DNA of 64,000 nucleotides from Cohnella sp. (lineage in GTDB: Bacteria; Bacillota; Bacilli; Paenibacillales; Paenibacillaceae): NCBI GenBank assembly GCA_028287445.1, contig JAQBPQ010000238.1, forward strand, positions 1,295 to 65,294, given 5' to 3'. Made by a program: the position numbers and the translations under genes. Under the pieces are notes generated by a model that was given only the letters and a program-made list of their open reading frames with translations, was not told the origin of the DNA and did no database searches. Of this stretch, positions 1 through 8,861 are shown one piece after another; the first letter of the stretch is position 1; each line of letters begins with the position of its first letter.

Positions 1-2
1 AC

Positions 3-905
3 ATCGAATTCAAACGCGCGGACCGCGCGGAACGGCTTCGGGACTTGGAACGCAAGGAAGGCGAAACCAAGGAACAGCGCACCAATCTCAAGACGGTCCA
101 AGAGAGTCTCCGGCAAGCGGAAATCTCGGAAGGCCGGCTCGACGTCGAGCTCGAAAACCTGCTTCGCAAACTGAGCGAAGAATATGAGATCGGCTTCGAA
201 CTGGCGAAGGAGCGTTATCCGATTCCAGAAGACATTCAGAGTGCACAAAATGAGGTGCGCGATCTGAAACGACGGGTCACGATGCTCGGAGATGTGAATC
301 TCGGCGCGATCGAAGAATACAAACGCGTCAGCGAACGCTTCGAATTTCTGTCCGTCCAGAAGCACGACCTCATCGAAGCCAAAACGAAGCTTCACGGCAT
401 CATTCGCGAGATGGACGAAGAAATGTCCAAGCGGTTCCTTACGACTTTTACCGAAATCCGCAAACATTTCAGCGTCGTATTTTCCCGTTTGTTCGGCGGA
501 GGCAGAGCGGATCTGATCTTAAGCGAGCCCGATCGCCCGCTCGACACCGGCATCGATATCGTCGCACAGCCTCCCGGCAAAAGGCTGCAAAATTTGCAGC
601 TGCTGTCCGGCGGTGAGCGGGCGCTAACCGCAATTGCTCTGCTGTTCGCGATTCTGAACGTCAAGCCTGTCCCGTTTTGCGTGCTTGATGAAGTCGAAGC
701 TGCACTAGACGAAGCCAACGTAACTCGCTACGCTCACTATATGCGTGAGTTCTCCGAGAACACCCAGTTTATCGTCGTGACCCACCGAAAGGGTACGATG
801 GAAGAGGCGGACATGCTGTACGGCGTGACGATGGAGGAAGGCGGCGTATCCAAGCTTGTCTCCGTCCGTCTCGACGAAGGGGAAATGATGACGGCAACGG
901 CTTAA
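3..905 (+). CDS. smc: Chromosome segregation protein SMC, C-terminal part (5'-truncated by window)
   Basis: Frame open from window start; LSGGE signature, Walker B FCVLDEVEAALD, FIVVTHRKGTM; precedes ftsY. Confidence 0.97.
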   Translation: MEFKRADRAERLRDLERKEGETKEQRTNLKTVQESLRQAEISEGRLDVELENLLRKLSEEYEIGFELAKERYPIPEDIQSAQNEVRDLKRRVTMLGDVNLGAIEEYKRVSERFEFLSVQKHDLIEAKTKLHGIIREMDEEMSKRFLTTFTEIRKHFSVVFSRLFGGGRADLILSEPDRPLDTGIDIVAQPPGKRLQNLQLLSGGERALTAIALLFAILNVKPVPFCVLDEVEAALDEANVTRYAHYMREFSENTQFIVVTHRKGTMEEADMLYGVTMEEGGVSKLVSVRLDEGEMMTATA

Positions 906-925
906 ACCGGTTGGAGGTACACGAA

Positions 926-1927
926 ATGAGCTTTTTCAAAAGATTGAAGGAAAGCATCGCGTCCAAGACGGATGCGGTGACGAACAAATTCAAGGAAGGT
1001 CTCTCCAAAACGCGCAACGTGTTTACGGATCGGGTGATCGAGCTGTTCACCCGGCGTCAAAAAATCGATGAAGTTTTTTTCGAAGAGCTCGAAGAGATTC
1101 TGATCGGCGCAGACGTGGGAGTGAACACGGTAATGGCATTGATCGAGGAACTTCGCGTGGAAGTAAAGAAACGCAAAATCGAACAGCCGTCGGAACTGCA
1201 GCCGATTTTGTCGGAGAAGCTGATGGACATGCTGAGAGGCAGCGGCGAAGATGCCGGACTCCGAACGAATGCGGACGGAATTACGGTAATCCTATTTGTC
1301 GGTGTCAACGGCGTTGGTAAAACGACGACGATCGGCAAGTTGGCGTGGAGACTGAAGCAGCAAGGCAAGTCTGTGCTGATGGCCGCCGGCGACACGTTCC
1401 GTGCGGGCGCGATCGAGCAGTTGGAGGCGTGGGGGCAGCGTGTGGGCGTCGATGTGATCCGGCAGGAGGCAGGTTCCGATCCCGCAGCGGTCATGTTTGA
1501 CGCCGTGCGGGAAGCCAAACGCCGAAGTGTCGACGTTCTGCTGTGCGATACGGCAGGCCGCCTTCAGAACAAGGTCAACCTGATGGAGGAGCTCGCCAAA
1601 ATCCATCGCGTCATTCAGCGTGAAATCCCCGGAGCGCCTCACGAGACGCTGCTGGTACTCGATGCCGCTACCGGCCAGAACGCGCTTCAGCAAGCGAAAC
1701 TGTTCGGCGAAAAAAGCGGGGTCACCGGCCTTGTGCTGACGAAGCTGGATGGAACGGCCAAAGGCGGCATTGTGATCGCCATCCGGGGCGAAATGTCGCT
1801 GCCCGTCAAATTCGTCGGGCTCGGAGAGCAGATAGACGACCTTCAAGAGTTTGATGCCGAGCAGTTCGTGCATGCGCTGTTTGCCGGCATGGCGGCCGGG
1901 GAGGATTCGGAAACTTCGCCAGAATGA
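926..1927 (+). CDS. ftsY: SRP receptor GTPase FtsY
   Basis: GVNGVGKTTT, DTFRAGA, DTAGR, TKLDGTAKGG motifs; ATG at 926 after GGAGG. Confidence 0.97.
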   Translation: MSFFKRLKESIASKTDAVTNKFKEGLSKTRNVFTDRVIELFTRRQKIDEVFFEELEEILIGADVGVNTVMALIEELRVEVKKRKIEQPSELQPILSEKLMDMLRGSGEDAGLRTNADGITVILFVGVNGVGKTTTIGKLAWRLKQQGKSVLMAAGDTFRAGAIEQLEAWGQRVGVDVIRQEAGSDPAAVMFDAVREAKRRSVDVLLCDTAGRLQNKVNLMEELAKIHRVIQREIPGAPHETLLVLDAATGQNALQQAKLFGEKSGVTGLVLTKLDGTAKGGIVIAIRGEMSLPVKFVGLGEQIDDLQEFDAEQFVHALFAGMAAGEDSETSPE

Positions 1928-1941
1928 TGCAAAATTGAGCG

Positions 1942-1988
1942 AAAAAACCGTATGTTCCCGCTTACAGCCGGAAAAATACGGTTTTTTT
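1942..1988. terminator. Probable bidirectional intrinsic terminator after ftsY
   Basis: AAAAAACCGTAT...ATACGGTTTTTTT inverted repeat with A- and T-tracts. Confidence 0.7.
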
Positions 1989-2012
1989 CTGGGTGAAACG
2001 GGTATACGATAG

Positions 2013-2060
2013 TTGACTCGACTTTGACAGTCAGAGTAGTATACTTCGTATGCGAAATAT
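2013..2060 (+). promoter_or_regulatory. Candidate sigma-A promoter and MarR-type operator
   Basis: TTGACT-N18-TAGTAT (2013-2042) followed by imperfect palindrome ATACTTCGTATGCGAAATAT (2041-2060, 16/20 self-complementary). Confidence 0.55.
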
Positions 2061-2083
2061 TAAGGAGCAAGGGATGGACCGCC

Positions 2084-2527
2084 GTGGATGAGCAGCAGCA
2101 AATCCTTCGGATTGCGAATTCTTTTCGTGGAGTCACCCAGTGTTTTTACCAGGCAACACGTAAAGATGCGGAAGCGTCCGGCTTGACGCCTATTCAGTTT
2201 TTGGTGCTCCGCATGCTGAAGCAATATCCGGGAATCGGCTTGACTGAATTGTCGGATCTCATGCATAAGGGAGCCAGCACGACGAGCGGTGTGGTGGATC
2301 GACTGGTGCACGGCGGCCTGATCATTCGCGAAAAGCCGGAAAAGGATAAGCGAGCCGTTATTCTACATTTCACTCCGAAAGGGGAGGATTTGCTTAATCG
2401 GACGAACGAGCGAATTATGCACCGTTTGTCATCCTTGTTGGAGATTTCGGACGACGATGTCGAGCATCTTCTCCGGATTCATCAGCAAATCATACACATT
2501 CTATTGAATGCAAGAGAGGAATTATAA
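2084..2527 (+). CDS. MarR-family transcriptional regulator
   Basis: GLTPIQFLVL, TSGVVDRLVHGGLI and DKRAVILHFTPKG winged-helix pattern; probable GTG start at 2084. Confidence 0.9.
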   Translation: MDEQQQILRIANSFRGVTQCFYQATRKDAEASGLTPIQFLVLRMLKQYPGIGLTELSDLMHKGASTTSGVVDRLVHGGLIIREKPEKDKRAVILHFTPKGEDLLNRTNERIMHRLSSLLEISDDDVEHLLRIHQQIIHILLNAREEL

Positions 2528-2528
2528 A

Positions 2529-4127
2529 ATGACCGCTGTGCAAAATCAATTGAAACGGGCGCCTATTGTGGTGCCCCTGCTTATCGCCGCTTTTGTGGCC
2601 ATTTTGAGCCAAACGCTTCTGAACGTCGCACTGCCGAAAATGATGGAATCGTTACATGTGAGTTCATCGACCATCCAGTGGCTGATCACGGGCTACATGC
2701 TCGTGAGCGGAATCCTGGTCCCGATCAGCGCCTATTTGATTGACAAGTTTTCTACCCGGCAATTGTTTCTCACCGCCACCGGACTGTTCACGGCCGGCAC
2801 GATGATATGCGCGGTTTCGCCCGGATTCGAACTGTTGTTGGCCGGCCGTTTGATCCAGGCGGCGGGAGCGGGTATCTTGATGCCGCTCATGTCGATCGTA
2901 TTTCTGACGATTTTCCCGATCGAGCAGCGCGGCAAGGCGATGGGCATGATGGGACTCGCGATGATCTTCGCTCCCGCCGTTGGGCCAACCCTGTCAGGCT
3001 GGGTCGTGGAACATCAGTCCTGGCGCGTTCTCTTCTATATCGTGTTGCCGCTCGCGGTTCTCGGCCTTATTTACGGGGCCATTTCCATGAAGAACGTCAC
3101 CAGACTTTCCTTGCCGAAATTAGATATACCGGGCGTGATTTATTCCACCATCGGTTTCGGAGGCCTGCTCTACGGATTCAGCGACGCTTCCAATCCTTCA
3201 GAGGGATGGGGAGGCACGCGCGTGATCGTCAGTCTCGCCGTGGGCGTGTTATTTCTGCTCTTGTTCGTATGGCGGGAGTTAAAGGCGAAGAACCCCATTT
3301 TGGAATTGCGGGTCTTTAAATACGACATGTTCTCGCTTACGACCGTCATCAACATGATCATCACGATGGCGATGTTCTCGGGCATGCTTCTTCTTCCGAT
3401 TTTCCTGCAGACCATTCTTGGATTTACGCCGCTCAAATCCGGACTCTTGCTGCTGCCGGGAGCGCTGCTCATGGGCGTCATGTCGCCGTTGGCGGGCATG
3501 GTGTTCGATAAAATCGGGGCCCGCTGGCTGGCGGTATTCGGTTTGGCCGTAACCGTCTATACCACTTTTGAATTAAGTCATTTGACAACGGATACGAGCT
3601 ACAATCACATGCTGCTTCTGTATACCCTCAGGATGTTTGGGATGTCTTTCCTGATGATGCCGATTCAGACGGCCGGCATGAACCAGCTGCCGCAGCGCCT
3701 GAACGCTCACGGATCCGCTATGTCCCAGACCTTGCGCAACGTCGCGGGTGCACTCGGAACGGCCTTCCTTGTGACGATGTTCGCAAGTGCGGCTACCGCT
3801 AACGGAACGGACCGGATTGCCGCCGCCCACATCGCACCCGTAGAAGCGAATAAATTTAACCAGCTGCTCGCATCGGGCCAAATCAACCCCGTCGACAAGG
3901 CCAAATTTATGGAGACGCTGGCGTCTGCTCATATCGATCCCGCGCATGCGCTCAAAATGATCCAGATCAAGCAGCAAGCAACCGTGTACGGTATTAATCT
4001 TGCCTTCGAAATTGCAACCTGGCTGACCGTCGCGGCGCTGCTTCTTGCCTTCTTTATCCGCAGAACGAAGCCGGACTCGGAACCGATCGCCATGGTGGAC
4101 GGCGTCGCGGTCGAAATGACCCAATAA
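2529..4127 (+). CDS. DHA2 (EmrB/QacA, LmrB-like) 14-TM MFS drug efflux transporter
   Basis: QTLLNVALP, WLITGYML, GRLIQAAGAG, RGKAMG, APAVGPTLSGW motifs; many hydrophobic segments; follows MarR. Confidence 0.92.
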   Translation: MTAVQNQLKRAPIVVPLLIAAFVAILSQTLLNVALPKMMESLHVSSSTIQWLITGYMLVSGILVPISAYLIDKFSTRQLFLTATGLFTAGTMICAVSPGFELLLAGRLIQAAGAGILMPLMSIVFLTIFPIEQRGKAMGMMGLAMIFAPAVGPTLSGWVVEHQSWRVLFYIVLPLAVLGLIYGAISMKNVTRLSLPKLDIPGVIYSTIGFGGLLYGFSDASNPSEGWGGTRVIVSLAVGVLFLLLFVWRELKAKNPILELRVFKYDMFSLTTVINMIITMAMFSGMLLLPIFLQTILGFTPLKSGLLLLPGALLMGVMSPLAGMVFDKIGARWLAVFGLAVTVYTTFELSHLTTDTSYNHMLLLYTLRMFGMSFLMMPIQTAGMNQLPQRLNAHGSAMSQTLRNVAGALGTAFLVTMFASAATANGTDRIAAAHIAPVEANKFNQLLASGQINPVDKAKFMETLASAHIDPAHALKMIQIKQQATVYGINLAFEIATWLTVAALLLAFFIRRTKPDSEPIAMVDGVAVEMTQ

Positions 4128-4144
4128 GAACATCCGGAAGTCGC

Positions 4145-4185
4145 ACTCCCTGTTCGCGTCCGTAAGGACCGAGGAGGGAGTTTTT
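4145..4185 (+). terminator. Intrinsic terminator after MFS gene
   Basis: ACTCCCT...AGGGAGT stem followed by T-tract. Confidence 0.6.
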
Positions 4186-4233
4186 CGTTCTTCCTTCAGG
4201 CGTACGGCGATCGCCGTTTATGCTTGGGGAAGC

Positions 4234-4316
4234 TGTTAAGGAATTCTCCTTGACATCGCTTCCCGGTTTTCGTAACATAGGGAAGTAAATCGATTGTAAA
4301 GTAGTTTTCCTTGACA
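4234..4316 (+). promoter_or_regulatory. ylxM-ffh sigma-A promoter with twin palindromic boxes
   Basis: TTGACA(4250)-N17-TAACAT(4273); TGTTAAG-N8-CTTGACA at 4234-4255 and TGTAAAG-N8-CTTGACA at 4295-4316. Confidence 0.7.
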
Positions 4317-4343
4317 TAGGCGAATGCGAAAGGGTGAACCTTT

Positions 4344-4688
4344 GTGCACGGGGAGAACGCGCTCGAAAAAACGAACCGGATCAACGTATTGTTCGACTTC
4401 TACGGTCCGCTGTTGACGGAGAAGCAGCAAACGTTTTTGAAATGTTATTTTCACGATGATTATTCGCTCGGAGAAATCGCCGCGGATTTCGAAATTAGCC
4501 GCCAGGCGGTATATGAACACTTGAAGCGTGCCGAGCAAGTGCTGGAAAGTTACGAACAGAAGCTCGCTCTCGCCGCTCGCGACGAAAAGCTTCAAGCGGG
4601 ATTGGACCGGCTGGAGCTGCTGATCGGCCGGGTTCCGGCCGACCAGCGCGAACTGCTGCTCGAGACCACAGCGCGACTGCGCGACTGA
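4344..4688 (+). CDS. ylxM: UPF0122 HTH protein YlxM
   Basis: [13 protein letters not shown]...[12 protein letters not shown]...[12 protein letters not shown]; directly upstream of ffh. Confidence 0.95.
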   Translation: MHGENALEKTNRINVLFDFYGPLLTEKQQTFLKCYFHDDYSLGEIAADFEISRQAVYEHLKRAEQVLESYEQKLALAARDEKLQAGLDRLELLIGRVPADQRELLLETTARLRD

Positions 4689-4714
4689 CCTTTCCGAAGA
4701 GGAGGGATAGGATC

Positions 4715-6097
4715 ATGGCATTCGAAGGTTTGACCGCCCGGCTGCAGAACGTGTTCGGCAAGCTGAAGGGCCGGGGCAAATTGTCGGAGGATGACGTGGG
4801 CGAAGCGATGCGCGAAGTGCGGCTCGCTTTGCTCGAAGCGGACGTCAACTTCAAGGTCGTCAAAGAATTTATCGCCAAAGTCAAAGAAAAGGCTGTCGGG
4901 CAGGAAGTGATGAAAAGCTTCACGCCCGGGATGGTCGTTGTCGATATCGTCAACAAAGAACTGACCGAACTGATGGGCGGTACGCAGGCCAAGCTTGCCA
5001 AAGCGAACAAGCCGCCGACGGTCGTGCTGCTGGCCGGCCTGCAGGGTGCCGGTAAGACGACGCTCACCGGCAAATTGGCCAAGCTGCTCCAGTCTCAGAA
5101 TCATAAGCCGCTGTTGGTGGCGGCAGATATTTACCGTCCCGCCGCCATCAAGCAGCTGCAGGTGCTCGGAGAGCAAATCGGCGCGCCTGTGTTCGAGCTC
5201 GGCACTGCCGTGAATCCGGTCGAAATCGCCAAACAAGGGCTGCAACTGGCCAAGGAACAAGGCAACGATTATGTGTTGATCGATACGGCCGGCCGCCTGC
5301 AGATCGACGAAGCGCTCATGGATGAGATCAAGAACATCCACGATGCCGTGCATCCCGATGAGGTATTGCTTGTCGTCGACGCGATGACCGGTCAGGAAGC
5401 CGTTAACGTCGCCCAGAGCTTCCACGAGAAGCTGGCGCTGACGGGCGTGGTGCTGACCAAGCTGGACGGCGACACCCGTGGAGGCGCCGCGCTTTCCGTC
5501 AAGGCGGTCACCGGCTGCCCGATCAAATTCGCTTCCACCGGCGAGAAGATCGACCAGTTGGAACCGTTCCATCCGGACCGGATGGCGTCGCGGATTCTCG
5601 GGATGGGCGATATGCTGTCACTCATCGAGAAGGCGCAAGCGAACATTGACGTGGACAAAGCAGCCGAGATGGAACGCAAGATGCGTACGGCGGAATTCAC
5701 GCTCGAAGATTTTCTCGATCAGATGGAACAAGTCCGCAAAATGGGGCCGCTCGATCAATTGCTCGATATGATGCCCGGCATGGGCAAATTGAAGAGCACG
5801 CCGGGCTTCAAAGTCGACGAGAAGCAAATCTCCCGAACCGAAGCGATCGTCAAGTCGATGACGGGCCGCGAGAAGAAGAAGCCGGATATCATCAACTTCA
5901 GTCGACGCAAGCGAATCGCTGCGGGCAGCGGAACGACGGTGGCGGATGTGAATCGTCTGCTGAAGCAGTTCGAAGACATGAAGAAGATGATGAAACAGTT
6001 TTCCGGTTTGATGGGTCCTGGCGGCAAAGGTCCCAAGGGCGGCATGAAAGCCATGAAAAATATGCTCGGCAAAGGCGGTATGAAATTCCCGTTCTGA
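4715..6097 (+). CDS. ffh: Signal recognition particle protein Ffh
   Basis: GLQGAGKTT, DTAGRL, DGDTRGGAALS, Met-rich M domain, SRRKRIAAGSG. Confidence 0.98.
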   Translation: MAFEGLTARLQNVFGKLKGRGKLSEDDVGEAMREVRLALLEADVNFKVVKEFIAKVKEKAVGQEVMKSFTPGMVVVDIVNKELTELMGGTQAKLAKANKPPTVVLLAGLQGAGKTTLTGKLAKLLQSQNHKPLLVAADIYRPAAIKQLQVLGEQIGAPVFELGTAVNPVEIAKQGLQLAKEQGNDYVLIDTAGRLQIDEALMDEIKNIHDAVHPDEVLLVVDAMTGQEAVNVAQSFHEKLALTGVVLTKLDGDTRGGAALSVKAVTGCPIKFASTGEKIDQLEPFHPDRMASRILGMGDMLSLIEKAQANIDVDKAAEMERKMRTAEFTLEDFLDQMEQVRKMGPLDQLLDMMPGMGKLKSTPGFKVDEKQISRTEAIVKSMTGREKKKPDIINFSRRKRIAAGSGTTVADVNRLLKQFEDMKKMMKQFSGLMGPGGKGPKGGMKAMKNMLGKGGMKFPF

Positions 6098-6123
6098 GCC
6101 GCGCATCCGATATTACCTGATTT

Positions 6124-6180
6124 CGGGCCCCGAAAAAGTAATCGGAATAAGCTTCAGAGCTGCACGTCACTTTTTTGGGT
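6124..6180 (+). repeat. Dispersed ~57 bp structured intergenic repeat, copy A
   Basis: CGGGCCCCGAAAAAGTAATCGGAAT...CGTCACTTTTTTGGG; similar to copies at 9616, 23629 and 37871. Confidence 0.85.
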
Positions 6181-6202
6181 TTTTTAAGGAGGTGAAAGTA
6201 TA

Positions 6203-6475
6203 ATGGCAACTCGCATTCGTCTGAAACGGATGGGCGCTCACAAAGCCCCTTTTTATCGCGTAGTGGTTTCCGATTCCCGTTCTCCGCGCGACGGCCGGTT
6301 TATCGAGGAGATCGGCGTTTATAACCCGGTCGCTCAACCTACTCAAGTGCAAATCGACGAGGAAAAAGCGCTCAAGTGGCTGCAAAACGGCGCGCAAGCT
6401 TCCGACACGGTTCGTAACCTGCTCAGCAAAGCAGGCGTTATGAAGAAATTCCACGAATCCAAACTCCAGAAGTAA
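6203..6475 (+). CDS. rpsP: 30S ribosomal protein S16
   Basis: [32 protein letters not shown]. Confidence 0.98.
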   Translation: MATRIRLKRMGAHKAPFYRVVVSDSRSPRDGRFIEEIGVYNPVAQPTQVQIDEEKALKWLQNGAQASDTVRNLLSKAGVMKKFHESKLQK

Positions 6476-6500
6476 TTTGCTTGTACCGGAGGGATAAGCC

Positions 6501-6734
6501 ATGGAACAACTGATTCGGGTTATCGCCCGAGCGTTGGTGGATCATCCGGAAGACGTGCAGATTCAGGTCAAGGAAGACGCACGCGGCCTGGTGTATGAGC
6601 TTTCCGTTCATCAGGGCGATGTCGGCAAAGTTATCGGCAAGCAGGGGCGCATCGCCAAAGCGCTGCGCACAGTTGTGTCTTCCGCTGCAGTGAAGGAGCG
6701 GAAACGCGTCATCGTCGACATCATTTCGGAATAA
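6501..6734 (+). CDS. khpA: KH-domain RNA-binding protein KhpA (YlqC)
   Basis: DVGKVIGKQGRIAKALRT KH motif; between rpsP and rimM. Confidence 0.95.
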   Translation: MEQLIRVIARALVDHPEDVQIQVKEDARGLVYELSVHQGDVGKVIGKQGRIAKALRTVVSSAAVKERKRVIVDIISE

Positions 6735-6745
6735 CAGCACGGGAG

Positions 6746-6785
6746 AGGGGCGGGGGATGCAGCCATGCATGTCTGGCCCTTTTTT
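6746..6785 (+). terminator. Possible terminator after khpA
   Basis: GC-rich imperfect stem (ATGCA-GCCA-TGCAT core) followed by a T-tract. Confidence 0.5.
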
Positions 6786-6786
6786 C

Positions 6787-6831
6787 ACGTTTCAGAAAGT
6801 ATAAGTTGTCACCTATACTTTTCTGAAACGT
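6787..6831. repeat. 17/18 bp-arm inverted repeat in khpA-rimM spacer
   Basis: ACGTTTCAGAAAGTATA-N10-TATACTTTTCTGAAACGT (one extra T in the right arm). Confidence 0.75.
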
Positions 6832-6933
6832 CACCGACATAAACGTATGCTGCCATCCAAGAACGACGACAGCCGTTTATACTTGACGATTCAAGAAATA
6901 AAAGTTTCACCTTACGCAAAGGGGGCTGCCGCC

Positions 6934-7455
6934 GTGGCGGAAGAACGTCTGTTCAATGTCGGCAAAATCGTGAATACGCACGGAGTTTCCGGCGAAGTCC
7001 GGGTTTGGCCGCAGACCGACTTTCCCGACGTCCGGTTCAAAGCCGGTAACCGGCTGCTGCTCATTCCGCCGGACACCGGAGAGCCGGTTACTGTGGAGAT
7101 CGAAACCGCCCGCGAACAGAAAAATGTTTTCGTGGTCAAGCTCAAGGGGTACGACGACATCAACCAGGTCGAGAAACTGAAAGGCTGGGAATTGAAGGTT
7201 GGCGAAGCGGATCGGGCCCCGTTGTCTGAAGGAGAGTATTACGTCCGCGATATCGTCGGCTGCAACGTCGTTACCGAAGATGGCGAGTCGCTCGGCACGA
7301 TTACCGACATTTTGACGCCGGGCGCCAACGATGTATGGGTCGTCAAACGGCCGGTCGGCAAGGAACTGCTGCTTCCCGTCATCGATGATGTGGTGCGGGA
7401 CGTGGACGTCGCTGCCAAAACCGTCAAGGTGCACCTCATGGAAGGGCTGCTGTAA
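6934..7455 (+). CDS. rimM: Ribosome maturation factor RimM
   Basis: [32 protein letters not shown]; GTG start at 6934. Confidence 0.96.
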   Translation: MAEERLFNVGKIVNTHGVSGEVRVWPQTDFPDVRFKAGNRLLLIPPDTGEPVTVEIETAREQKNVFVVKLKGYDDINQVEKLKGWELKVGEADRAPLSEGEYYVRDIVGCNVVTEDGESLGTITDILTPGANDVWVVKRPVGKELLLPVIDDVVRDVDVAAKTVKVHLMEGLL

Positions 7456-7457
7456 CG

Positions 7458-8231
7458 ATGCGGATCGATGTGCTGACTTTGTTTCCGGAAATGTTCGAAG
7501 GTGTGTTCGCCAGTAGTATTCTCGGCAAAGCGCAAGATCGCGGGCTCGTCTCGCTGTCCACCGTCAATTTCCGGAATTTTGCGGACAACAAGCACAATAC
7601 GGTAGACGATACGCCCTATGGCGGCGGCGGCGGAATGGTGCTCAAGCCCGAGCCGATTTTCGGAGCGGTTGAGCATGTGCTCAGCAATCCCGGTCGGCAG
7701 TCGGATGATGGCATCGGCGGCGGTAAGCCCCGGGTCATTCTCATGTGCCCGCAAGGACAACCGTTTACTCAGTCCAAAGCGGCAGAACTGGCAGCGGAGT
7801 CGCATCTCATTATGATTTGCGGCCATTATGAAGGCTACGACGAGCGGATCCGTGAGTTTCTCGTGACGGACGAACTGTCCATCGGCGACTATGTGCTCAC
7901 GGGCGGCGAACTGCCGGCGATGGTCGTCATCGATGCCGTCGTCCGTCTGCTTCCGGGTGTGCTCGGCAACGAGATGTCTGCGGTCACCGATTCGTTCAGC
8001 GACGGGCTGCTTGAGTATCCCCACTATACACGTCCGGCCGATTATCGTGGCTGGTCGGTACCGGATGTGCTTCTCTCCGGACACCATGCGGAAATCAGCA
8101 AGTGGCGTCGGCTGCAGTCACTGGCCCGCACACTGGCCCGAAGGCCTGAGCTCATGGAACGGGTGGAATTGTCGCCTGCCGAGCGACAATGGCTGGAAGA
8201 ACTCAAGCGTTCCGAAAACGCCGAGCGATAA
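7458..8231 (+). CDS. trmD: tRNA (guanine-N1)-methyltransferase TrmD
   Basis: [50 protein letters not shown]. Confidence 0.98.
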   Translation: MRIDVLTLFPEMFEGVFASSILGKAQDRGLVSLSTVNFRNFADNKHNTVDDTPYGGGGGMVLKPEPIFGAVEHVLSNPGRQSDDGIGGGKPRVILMCPQGQPFTQSKAAELAAESHLIMICGHYEGYDERIREFLVTDELSIGDYVLTGGELPAMVVIDAVVRLLPGVLGNEMSAVTDSFSDGLLEYPHYTRPADYRGWSVPDVLLSGHHAEISKWRRLQSLARTLARRPELMERVELSPAERQWLEELKRSENAER

Positions 8232-8261
8232 GAGGACCGGCATATCCAGCAACTTATATCG

Positions 8262-8290
8262 TTGTGTTATGTCACGAGCTGTGGTAAAAT
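8262..8290 (+). promoter_or_regulatory. Sigma-A promoter for rplS
   Basis: TTGTGT-N17-TAAAAT with TG extended -10. Confidence 0.6.
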
Positions 8291-8317
8291 TTTAAATGTT
8301 GTTTGTATTTGTTTACT

Positions 8318-8400
8318 GGAGTCGGACGGTCCTCTGCACGTCATGATCCGGATGACGGCATCCGGGGAGCGGGGCACGAACGTCTATGATGGAAGGAGGA
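8318..8400 (+). ncRNA. Putative L19 leader RNA (cis-regulatory)
   Basis: Structured leader (GACG...CGTC closing stem, CCGGATG-ACGG-CATCCGG hairpin) between promoter and rplS, where Firmicutes carry the L19 leader; boundaries approximate. Confidence 0.55.
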
Positions 8401-8408
8401 AATACCTC

Positions 8409-8750
8409 ATGAATCTGATTCAAACCATTACGCAAGAGCAGCTGCGCAAGGACGTGCCAAGCTTTCGTCCGGGCGACACGCTGAAAGTGCACGTGAAAGT
8501 TGTCGAGGGATCCCGCGAACGCGTTCAGCTGTTCGAAGGTGTCGTGATTAAACGTCGCGGCGGCGGAATCAGCGAAACGTTCACGGTCCGCAAAATCTCG
8601 TACGGCGTCGGAGTAGAGCGTACCTTTCCGGTACATTCGCCGCGTCTGGAGAAAGTAGAAGTGGCACGCCGCGGTAAAGTTCGCCGCGCCAAGCTGTACT
8701 ATCTGCGCAATCTGCGCGGTAAAGCGGCCCGGATCAAAGAAATTCGATAA
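8409..8750 (+). CDS. rplS: 50S ribosomal protein L19
   Basis: [34 protein letters not shown]; ATG 8409 after GGAGG. Confidence 0.98.
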   Translation: MNLIQTITQEQLRKDVPSFRPGDTLKVHVKVVEGSRERVQLFEGVVIKRRGGGISETFTVRKISYGVGVERTFPVHSPRLEKVEVARRGKVRRAKLYYLRNLRGKAARIKEIR

Positions 8751-8760
8751 GAAGTGTCAC

Positions 8761-8793
8761 AGGGGGGCTTGGCATGTGCAAGTCTCCCTTTTT
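8761..8793 (+). terminator. Intrinsic terminator after rplS
   Basis: AGGGGGGCTTG...CAAGTCTCCCTTTTT. Confidence 0.7.
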
Positions 8794-8861
8794 GCATTTT
8801 TCTACCCGAAATCATCTATCCCCCTCCCGAGCGGGCGGAGCAAGAATAGAGGCGATTATGA

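Noticed and set aside
6847-6933. N-terminal extension of RimM in the ORF track
   Set aside because: It runs through the palindromic spacer; recognisable RimM begins near GTG 6934, which has a purine-rich SD-like stretch.
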